Assembly: GCA_951406725.2 (NCBI GenBank)
Contig: OX597822.1
Coordinates: forward strand, 113,522,001-113,586,000
Direction: 5' to 3'
DNA: 64,000 nucleotides
DNA from: Octopus vulgaris
Lineage: Eukaryota
Every line of letters begins with the position of its first letter. The stretch's first letter is position 1. This document shows positions 1 to 10,467 of this stretch, piece after piece. The notes below the pieces were generated by a model. That model saw nothing but the letters and a program-made list of their open reading frames with translations, ran no database searches and was not told the DNA's origin. The translations under genes and the position numbers were made by a program.

Positions 1-99
1 AATGTTCGTATAGATTATGAATTATTTGGGGCTATAATTTATGTGACAGAACAAACAGAAAGAATTAACTTCTGATACACGATGTGTTACCCGTGGTCT

Positions 100-1650
100 T
101 GACTCGTTGTAAAACATGGAGAAAGAATAGTTCAATAATCAGACTTCAGCCCCTCGTATGGCTATTTCTATTCTGATCAGATAGAGTAGGGAGTTATTTC
201 AGGGTTCCAGAATGTCTAACGTTTAGGTTAAAAAGTAAACCTTTCAGAGAGTAGCTGGTACTTTGGCAACTTGCAATCCCCTTCCTGTCGAGTAACGAAG
301 TTGGGATCTGAGTCAGTTTCACAAGGCTGCCGTTGTACTAATTTGGAATGTGTCACATGTCACATTCCAAAAAATATTGAGGCAGCATGACGTAAAATAG
401 AGTCCAAAAACATCTTCTGTAGACCCACAACGGCATTTCAATCGCTTTTTGTATCGAAGTCCAAACTTGAATCAAATGGCTGTCGAAGTTATCGATCTCG
501 GTACCAGTCAACATGAGGAAATGCGCTTTTGGGGAGATGAGAATGGAGCTTAAAGACCATAATCGAGGACAGTCAAACTAATCAACGATGTATCCGAGAT
601 TAAATTCCAGGACACCGACTTATTTATGTTCAACAGATAGAATACCATCAAGATTAAAGTTGAGTGGTAAGCAGTTTTGGGTACCGCGATCGTGACAGAT
701 TCTGCAAGGTTGTGAGAAGCTTGTTGATGAGAATACAATAAGAGACCAATACTGATAGATATACTTACTGTGCTAATTTAACAGGTGATCAAAGAAACCA
801 TTATATCTTGCAGGCAAAGGAGTCGTGTTACCTTCCAGTATCGTGAAACCGGATGTTACATAATTACTCTGGATAGAATAATTACACTACATATATTCGA
901 ATTCGATGAAGTAGTTTCAGTGATTCTTTGAAGACTTGACCGCAGATGTGACGGTGTCTCGAAGTTTCGTTAAGGTTCGTATGAAGAATGCCCTGAACAG
1001 TACTTCAGGGGTCACTAAATTTTCATATTGTTACCGATATACCATCTTCCAGCGGTATCCAAAGAGAAAACCCTAACCTCAATTTGCTCTTGCTGTGTGC
1101 ATCGTACGCAGGGCCACCACACATTTCAGTCTTTACTACTTCTTGATGCAACAACAGATAAAACCTGCTGACACAATTTGTGGCGAACGTCTCCCGGAAG
1201 TCTTAGCTTTGGTGCCAATTGACTGTCATGACAGTCTGTGTCGATCATTTACTGGCAATTGAACTTCTTAGATCTTGGAAGAAAAAAAGAAGTGTGATGC
1301 AATTTCATGGATTGGATCTTCGATTCTAAATAATAAACATTTCCGCTTGTTTCATCCCTTGTCCCCGAATCGGGTCAAATGATGTCTTCATTGGCTTCAA
1401 CCGCTTCCTGCCGATTAGAGAGAACCTGCACATTTCTTTTCTAACAAGTTCCACAAACTAAAGCAAACATTGTTCCAGTCATTGCGTCGTTCTCACTGAC
1501 ATTAATGGCTTATCACCGAAGGACTCCTTTCTGCCAACAGGGGGTTGATGAAAGGAGACACGAGTTGAACTCAAAAACCAAAACGCAAGATTAAATACTG
1601 CAAGGTACCTCGTCCGACGTTCTGTCCACCAAGGGTCACCCAGGGTATGT
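100..1650 (-). mobile_element. Heavily decayed, possibly Gypsy-type LTR retrotransposon gag/protease remnant
   Basis: On the minus strand, AATAAA followed by a TGGGTGACCC PBS-like motif (~1636-1660), then fragments resembling a retropepsin (FLMLTGTEI ~ FLVDTGAEI near 500-528; GL/RRCFWT near 405-430). Many stops and frameshifts; judged by eye only. Confidence 0.3.
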
Positions 1651-1755
1651 ATTTTATTTATCACAAAATGAAAGACTCTCTCCCGTCTCTTCCTCTCTCT
1701 CTCTTTCTCTCTCCTTCACTCTCTCTCCCCTCTCTCTCTCTCTACACACACACAC

Positions 1756-1818
<63 letters not shown>

Positions 1819-1825
1819 TATATAA

Positions 1826-2113
1826 TTAATCCAAACAAGAAAACACAAAAAAAACACAGCAACGCGAGGATGTGAAACAAATAAAGTATTATTGGACGCT
1901 CAGGGAAGAAGGAGAGTTTAACGTTTCGAGCGGAGCTCTTCGTCGGAAACATAGGAGAAGGAAAGATCCAGAGAAGGGAAGACAGAGGAAAAAAATCGCT
2001 GGCGGTACACACGAGGTCACATATTGAAAGAACGGAAGTTGAAAGGTGGAAGAATAATGTTTTTTAAAGACAGGAGAGTTTCAAAGACAGTAGGGTAAGG
2101 ACAAGGAATGTGT
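1826..2113 (-). mobile_element. Hammerhead-bearing repeat (Penelope-like terminal repeat), family H1 copy
   Basis: Alignable by eye to 6797-6975, 13264-13547 and 55029-55105. It abuts a (TA)n tract and contains a hammerhead motif at 1916-1950. Confidence 0.65.
1916..1950 (-). ncRNA. Minimal type I hammerhead ribozyme motif (U4C core variant)
   Basis: Minus strand reads GTTT-CCGACGA-A-GAGC tcc GCTC-GAAA-CG-TT-AAAC: stem I GTTT/AAAC, stem II GAGC/GCTC, palindromic minimal stem III. Confidence 0.65.
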
Positions 2114-2198
2114 GTGGATGTGTGCGTGCGCGAAGGTCTGCGGGTGCGCGTGTGTGTGTATGTGTGCAATGATGACACGTGTGTGTGTATTATCTATA

Positions 2199-2246
<48 letters not shown>

Positions 2247-3109
2247 AGAGTTTTTGTTTTAATCGAAATAAGACGTAGGAAAAGTGTGTTAAAATTCATC
2301 AGGTTATTTTTTCGAGTGGAGTCGCATTTCATCAGGCTTAATTTTGTTTTCGTATGATACAGCCTCAACTTTCTAATAGTTTTCTATCAAACTCTGACCT
2401 CGAGAGAAATATATAATTCAATCTCGCAGAAAATATACAAAAGGAAAATATAGCAAATACGCTGGAGAATTTAAATCAACAGAACTAAAAACAACACGAT
2501 TTAAATCAATATTTAGCCAAGCATAAGATACGGCTGGAATAGTATTAGTCATGCACAATTAGGTGGAGAACGATTTGGCTATGTGTTTCTCAGACTGACT
2601 AGAATTGTTATATCGACAGATTACATCTTTAATGGAAAACAATATCAATTTCCCATTCATATAGTATATCTATTTACCAAAATGGCAGCAAAAAAAAAAA
2701 AAAGACAGAACAAGAAATGCACAATACTAATGCGATATTAGAAAATATTGTCGGTTCACTAGACCATGAAATGAAAGCCACCATCTTAGCAATTTAAAAC
2801 ATATCTTTTCACTTCCTTGTCAGGTCGTTCTGCACTTTGGCCGATAAGCACAATGCTTTGGTATCAATCTAAAAATGTGACCGCAATTTCAGTTCAGTTT
2901 ATTTGTTATTCGAAACTTTATAACAAAAAAACAAGTTTCCTTACATATTCATAGAATGATGCTCATTGCTCTTTGACCTGAATTTCAATGCCATTAACAC
3001 TAGTATTGTTTTGAAAATTATACTTGCATGAAGATATATATATATATATATATATATAAATACATGAATATATATGTATGGCTAGGATGCCATACAAATA
3101 TTTTATTTT

Positions 3110-3140
<31 letters not shown>

Positions 3141-3403
3141 AACATTATGAATGTGTGTGACACAGAGTTGATGAGAAGAACAAATTTCCGGTTATTTTAT
3201 TTAATGCCAACTTTTGCCAAAAAAGGTGATAAATCAAAAAAAAAAAGGCTTCCAAACGTAATTTCATTTCTGTCCAATGTTTTGAGTGACGTTAGACACA
3301 TTATTAAACATGTATTAAAAGATTAACATGATTAAAGGAATATTAAATGCGAGTTGCAATCTAGCAATGTTTGCATCTGTTTAAGTAACCAGGACGTTTT
3401 TTG

Positions 3404-3442
<39 letters not shown>

Positions 3443-3545
3443 TATATAACCTACACACACACGCATATATATGTATATATATATATATAATAAGTATATA
3501 TAACCTACACACACACACATATATATATATATATATGTGTATGTG

Positions 3546-3600
<55 letters not shown>

Positions 3601-3915
3601 AAATCCTAGCTGTGAGAGAAATATAAATGTAAGCACATTTATTGTATAATTTCGCTCTCCGTGAAAAGTAATGGAGAGTCGCCTCTTTGATCGCTTCTCA
3701 AAGAAACCATACCCAGTTTTCATCCTCAGCCATTAACATAAAATATTCCGCTACTATGAGTGTGTGTCTGAATGTAAAGCAGTCATAAATTTGACTGTCA
3801 CAGTAGTGGATTGCTAAACTTACATATTTGAACTTTAGAAAGCTCATCAACAATGATACATTATATTTTATGCACAGCAGAGCATGAGCCAGGAGGGAGG
3901 GAACAAATCTGTTAT

Positions 3916-3985
<70 letters not shown>

Positions 3986-4498
3986 AACTCTGTGTGTGTG
4001 TATATATACAGACACACATGCACCACACATACAGATCCCGGCATATAAATAGAGGCATGTGTGACTGTATATTTAAGAACATGGAAAAATAAATGCATTT
4101 CATGCATAGTGATACTTTTGTATGTGAGAGAGACAGGAAGGAAGAAAGATCAAAGAAACGAGAGAAAGAAATGAAAAAAAAAGAAGAGAAAGGAAGGAAA
4201 AAAGAGAAAATATAATTCTTCCTGCTAGCATCTCAATAGTGTCTAAAATTGCAAAATCATTAAATAATTTCGCTTCAAATATTACGTGGAATGGTTATTA
4301 ATAACTAATTTTATGTATAACCAAACTTAGATAAAGAGGTTGTTTACTGTCAACTTAACGTGACAGTCCCGGAAGGGAATTACACCACCGCTGTTTAGCC
4401 CTAGGAAGCATCGACGCTTCCTGTCGGCCTTGACACATTTCCTGTTTCCTTATATATTTACGAAGGGGAGACAAATACCCCCAACAGCCAGGCCTGCA

Positions 4499-4545
4499 TC
4501 TAGAGACACGCATGTTTCAGGGTCTTTGCCCATCATCGGTCTAGA
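4499..4545 (-). ncRNA. Type I hammerhead ribozyme motif with GUC cleavage triplet
   Basis: Minus strand reads TCTAGA-CCGATGA-tGGGcaaagaCCCt-GAAA-CA tgcg TG-TC-TCTAGA. All three stems can pair. Confidence 0.7.
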
Positions 4546-5960
4546 GTAGCAGAGGCCTGCTAGCTGAAGATATTTGTCTAGAATTCGTAAATATATATAT
4601 ATATATATTTTCAGTGAAGTTTATTCACTGATCACCAAAATCAGAAATATTAAATTTCTAAATATCTCATAGAGATATGTACTTAGATACTGTTCACAAT
4701 TGTATATAAATTTAAGTTCAACCAGTACCCCAAATATTTCACGTGGGGGCAGATAGCTCGAGACAGAGGCAAGGGATGATCAGTTGTTCGTAAGAGTATG
4801 CAAACCTCCGTGGTCAATAGGTTTGCTGCAACTGAGTAACACAGGCAGGCAGGCCAGGAAAACCAACACTATCAATTCCCCAACTATCACCACCATTCCT
4901 TCACCGTGCCAGATAACCTTCCGGGCGCTGTTTGGCCTGATCAATTACCAACGCACCCACAAAGCCCAACCCCAGACCCAAAATGAGTAGATGATCCTCG
5001 TTCTTCCGACAGATGAACCTAAGTAAGAAACTTGTAGTGTTAAATGGACTTTGATAATCGGGACCTACTTTTATTAGGGTAGAAATTCCAGGAACAAATT
5101 GTATGTTAACCGTTGCATATTGTCAGCTTTCTGTCAGTTGTTAATGTCTATATTGACTATGTGTGGAAGTTTTCGAAAGAATTCAAAACAGCATTTAAAA
5201 AGTTTAAACGAAAGAATGACGACCTGAAGACTTATCAGGAAGTCTTTTAAGCAGTTATCACATTTACCCAAATAGCTGTGCGAAAGAATTATGGTAAACG
5301 TCTGAAATGGAGTTGTACGTCAACTGAATTGATGAAATGAAGTTTTGCTGATAATCTCACGATAATCTGGCAGGTGAAGAAAGCTGACAACAATTAAAAG
5401 AAACAGACAAATATTCCCGAACTGGCAGGTTTTCTTTTCTTCTACGCATCGCTAATAATACATAATTGGAGAGCCTTCTTTTAAAGATTAGAAATTAGGT
5501 TTTTGCCAGCTGCTAAACACTATTCACTTTTGACAACACAGAAACAAACTCTGACGCTTACTCATCACTATCAAATGTTTCTCTTGCGCATACTCTTATC
5601 AACTGCTGTATCTTATCGGTGGTCATACGTGTGTATATGTGTCTGTGTATGTGTATTTGCGCGCATGATGCGTGTATGTGTCTGTGTGCACGCACTAGAG
5701 GCTGTGACGAGTTCAAATGCCTCTGGTCTATATGCCGAAAGATTTTAAGCGTTTATTCGCCGATACATCTTTACTTTTGTTGATTACAGTTAATTCTAAA
5801 AGCACCATTCAGTTGCCTATAGACATTCCAAAGGTCTTTAAATTACAAATGCCACAACCACGAGAAATTTTAGCTGAGTTAGTGATATTCAATACAACCT
5901 GATTAATTTTACCATTCCTGTTTGGCGATAGTATGATTTGATATATATATATATATATAT

Positions 5961-6172
5961 ACTCTTTTTTACTCTTTTACTTGTTTCAGTCATTTGACTG
6001 CGGCCATGCTGGAGCACCGCCTTTAGTCGAGCAAATCGACCCCGCGACTTATTCTTTAGAAGCCCAGTACTTATTTTATCGGTCTCTTTTGCCGAACCGC
6101 TAAGTGACGGGGACGTAAACACACCAGCATCGGTTGTCAAGCAATGCTAGGGGGACAAACACAGACACACAT

Positions 6173-6213
<41 letters not shown>

Positions 6214-6360
6214 CGACGGGCTTCTTTCAGTTTCCGTCTACCAAATCCACTCACAAGGCATTGGTCGACCCGGGCTATAGCAGAAGACACTTGCCCAAGA
6301 TGCCACGCAGTGGGACTGAACCCAGAACCATGTGGTTGGTTAGCAAGCTACTTACCACAC
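5961..6360 (-). mobile_element. tRNA-derived SINE family B (CORE-like block, internal microsatellite, GTAAAAGA tail)
   Basis: Near-identical to more than 8 other copies in the window. Sense strand has a B-box-like GGTTCAGTCCC and a CCTTGGGCAAGTG-like block. Confidence 0.85.
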
Positions 6361-6483
6361 ATATATCCCTTAAATTCATTACGTATTTCAAAAGCCATAT
6401 TTTTAATACATCTCCGGCTTCGAGAAGTGATGGAAGTTAAATCATCCCAAAATGACTACTGAACTTGATTTTCTATTTACTTC

Positions 6484-6535
<52 letters not shown>

Positions 6536-6560
6536 GCATGTATGTATGTATATTATATAT

Positions 6561-6780
6561 AGGCGCAGGTATGGCTGTATAGAAAGAAATTTGCTTTCCA
6601 ACCTCGTAGCTTCGTGTTCAGTCCCACTACGGGATATCTTGGGCTCCTACTATATCCCTGGGACGACTAAAGCCGTGTGATGGAATTTCGTAGATGGAAA
6701 TTTCAAGAAGTCTATCGCAGGTATATATATATACATGTGTGTGTGTCTGTGTCCTGTTTGTGTTTGACCTTGCCACACAC
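6561..6780 (+). mobile_element. SINE family B, diverged 5' half
   Basis: AGGCGCAGG...GTTCAGTCCCAC head, similar to other family B copies. Confidence 0.7.
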
Positions 6781-6796
6781 ACACACACACACATAC

Positions 6797-6975
6797 GAAA
6801 AAAAAACAACAACAACGCGAGGACGTGGTACATGCAAAGTATTAGCAGACGCTCAGGGAAGGAAAGAAAGATGGTTTTACGTTTCGAGCAAAATTCCTCG
6901 TCAGAAACAGGAGATGAAGGAAAGTCCAACAGAAAAAGAAGACGGAGGAAAAAAAATCGCTAACGATCCACATGT
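6797..6975 (-). mobile_element. Hammerhead-bearing repeat family H1 copy
   Basis: Homologous to 1826-2020. Confidence 0.65.
6874..6908 (-). ncRNA. Minimal type I hammerhead motif with canonical CUGACGA core and degraded stem II
   Basis: Minus strand reads GTTT-CTGACGA-ggaattttgctc-GAAA-CG-TA-AAAC. Confidence 0.6.
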
Positions 6976-6982
6976 GGTTACA

Positions 6983-7137
6983 TACGACGAGTTTCTTTCC
7001 GTTTCTATCTACGAAATTCATCCATATGGCTTCGGGCCGACTGAGGCTGTAGTTCAATAAAATTACCCAAAGAGCTACGACGTGGTACTGAACCCGGGAC
7101 CATGTGGTTTGGAAGCAAACTGCTTACTACGCCTGCA
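6983..7137 (-). mobile_element. SINE family B, diverged 5' half
   Basis: ACTGAACCCGG...CCATGTGGTT block shared with family B. Confidence 0.65.
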
Positions 7138-7179
7138 TACATATATATACATATATAGTTACATACATATATGTGTGTA

Positions 7180-7220
<41 letters not shown>

Positions 7221-7229
<9 letters not shown>

Positions 7230-7513
7230 AAACACCTTTTATCAATTCAAGAGGAACAATTAAATTACACCATCTAGAAAATTACATATAATAGAAATAT
7301 TTTTAAAAATAACAGTAATATACGGATGATTATGTAAATTGCAAAATAATAATAAAAACGTATATATTTCGTAGAATAACAATATTATTTTGCAATTTAC
7401 TTAATCATCCGTATATTATTGTTATTTTATTTTTAATATTTCTATTATATGTAATTTTCTAGATGGTGTAATTTAATTGTTCATTATGAATTGATAAAAG
7501 GTGGTTTTTCTAA
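7221..7513. repeat. Long inverted repeat (arms ~130 bp, spacer ~30 bp)
   Basis: 7221-7352 is the near reverse complement of 7384-7513 (e.g. CACCATCTAGAAAATTACATATAATAGAAATATT / AATATTTCTATTATATGTAATTTTCTAGATGGTG). Confidence 0.9.
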
Positions 7514-7599
7514 TTTTTAATTATAATTTGTGAAATTTGATTTAGTATTTCTAAATTGAATTTTTCCCTGTAAGTTAGGAATAATATTCCTTCAATTAA

Positions 7600-7654
<55 letters not shown>

Positions 7655-7686
7655 AGAGATAGATAGATAGAAAGAGAGAGATAGAT

Positions 7687-7726
<40 letters not shown>

Positions 7727-8278
7727 TTCAGCTAGTCGGCAGGAGAGTTCCTAGAAGAGCTTAATTATTTCAATTGCCGTGAGAGAGAGAGAGAGGGAGA
7801 AAAATCTTGTAAGCAGAAGAAAATAGAAGGGAGGTGGAGGATTCGACTGATAAAAATAAAGTAATGCTGCCCCTAGAAATTAGGAACCTGGAAATAGATG
7901 AAATTTGTTTTGTAGTCTAGACCTCCATCCTAGATCCAATTCCAATGTAAGACACCTGACGACTCTCGGAGTTGAAACTCACTTATAAGCAATGTAAATA
8001 CGTTAAGGTTTTCCATTTCTGTAACTTAATCATAATCTTTTCAGAACATCGATACTTTAGTTCGAGACAGTATTTGTACAGGATGAATCGGTGAAGGAAG
8101 TTGTTTCAAAATGTATTTTCATAAACTGCGTTCGGAGGTTTTCAAAAATAGAACTATGCTATGATTCTACTCATCTAACCGGAAGTTTTAAAAGAAATTA
8201 AAACCTTAAAGTTTTACATCAACAGTCATCAACAAACGTCTTAAAATTATTTCCTGTTGACTTGAAATATCTAAAATC

Positions 8279-8315
<37 letters not shown>

Positions 8316-9639
8316 AATGCATACATACATGCATACGCGTATACATACACACATACATACACGTACATTCATCCGTAGGTATGTGGGATTGAGGTTTCGA
8401 ATATAAATGTAAATATTTCATACTTAAATTAATTAGGCTTAGATAGATAGATAGATAGATACATACATACATACATACATACATACATACATACATACAT
8501 ACATACATACATACATAATTATATAGATGTGTAGGTATGTAGAGATGTAAGAACTTGTGGATGGACGGACGGACAGCTGAATGGGTGTGCGGATGGACAG
8601 ACAGAAAGATAAATAGATAGATGAATAGATATGTTCGTTCATATATCAACATAACCAGATTATATTTCTAAAAGTATAGTAAACGTTAGATTAAGAACGA
8701 TGCAACAGACAGGCGTCGAGGTTATTTCTTAACCGAGGTGTTACAACTTCCTTTCAGACAAACCTCTTTGCCATATAAAACTTCATTAACATTGCGAAGT
8801 GTCTTTATCCTAAACAGATTAATGAAATTTATACAAATGTGGTTTAACTTTTTTTTGGTCAAGGTGTATGCGGAGACAAGGAAACGCGTGTACACACGAA
8901 AACATACACGCACTTAATTAATGTATGTTGTCTATGTTATGTATGTATGTATGTATGTATGTATGTATGTATGTATGTATGTATGTATGTATGTATGTAT
9001 GTATGTGTCTGTCTTTGTGTGTGTCTGTCTTTGTGTGTGTGTATGTGTGTTAGCAAGTATGCTTTGGTTTTGTTAAGCTGAAAATGCTTCACATATACCA
9101 GGTTTTGTGTTGTGTTCTTTGTATCTAATAATACGATTTTCAAATATCTTTATTGTAGCATGATAGTATTCACAAAGTTGAAATTTTATCACGTTTTTAT
9201 TATGTGCGAAACTTTTGTGACAGTATTTATTGATAATTTTGATATTGTGACTTAAAGTATTATCATTTTATTAATTTTTTATAATCCTCAACTTAAAAAA
9301 AATATAGAGGTATGTAAAAAATAAATGTATGAGAATATTGATCTGTAAGCTAAAAATTATAAATTTTCAGTATTTGGCTGTGCTTGTAAGTTCTTGTGGA
9401 ATTACTACGTTGTAGGATCTAAACGAGTAGCAATGTAGCAACCTCCAGTTCCGTAAGTCTTTTTTTAAGTATTTGCATTTCACGAATATCTCAGGTCTTG
9501 CATTTCATAATGACTATATATACACTTTTTCAAATGGCTCTTCTTTTCGGCAGTAAGAGAGGTTACACCTTTATATCCGTTCATACATAAACTTAGATAT
9601 GTTTCGACCAAAGATTGGTCCAGGCCATGTCTAACTTAA

Positions 9640-9905
9640 TAGCACCACCTGATATGATTATCTAAATCCTGTTTAAGTCAAGTTTTGTTTATGGTCCATT
9701 CAAGTAGTGAGTTTTTGTTGGGTGAGTTGTATCCAATTATGGGTGGCTTATCTGGTATTCCTTGAAGGAATCTATCCAGACTCCGTTTAAAGTTCATGGG
9801 ACCCTTTTCCTCTTTGATCTATTTGGGGACAATGTTAAATAGGGCAGGGCTTGTTGAGGAAAAGAAATTTTGTTGCAGTGTACATATATGCTGTGATAGG
9901 TGTAA
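9640..9905 (-). mobile_element. CR1-like LINE 3' end fragment
   Basis: Minus-strand translation TLQQNFFSSTSPALFNIVPK*IKEEKGPMNFKRSLDRFLQGIPDKPP matches the CR1-group ORF2 C-terminal pattern P.LFN.LP...FK..LD.FL..IPD.P. Confidence 0.6.
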
Positions 9906-10264
9906 TGCGACTACATTATAGAACTTATCTTTATAATATGTCTGAATGAAAATGTATGGATGTAAATCCCATTTTTTAAAAATCTACACATCGTCAAACG
10001 GAAAGCATTCAACATGTACAGTTTGCTTCAGTGTTGTTATCGATAAACATAACATATCTGATCAAGGAATTATACTTCATGATTTTCTGAATGAGAACTT
10101 GAAATTGATAGAACGCCTGCGATGAACATGAAAGTGTAAAACAACGTTCATATAACCACAATAGTTGTATTATCGTATATGTATGTGTGCGTATGTATAT
10201 GCGCATGTCTGCGCTTGTGTACATGTGTATATGTATAGGTTTGTATATGGATCACGCATGTGTC

Positions 10265-10303
<39 letters not shown>

Positions 10304-10410
10304 ATTAGAGACAAAACCACTAATAATATTATATAATATTTTACTATAAAATTGGATTTAATCCTAAATCTGATTTTTTCCCTGTAAATTTGGATTTATT
10401 CCCTAATATT

Positions 10411-10465
<55 letters not shown>

Positions 10466-10467
<2 letters not shown>

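Noticed and set aside
3645-3695. Minus-strand stem CTCTCC/GGAGAG followed by GAAA
   Set aside because: The core reads TCAAAGA and no stem I is evident; too degenerate to call.
7956-7990. CTGACGA...GAAA hammerhead candidate
   Set aside because: Stem II is out of register and no stem I flanks the core.
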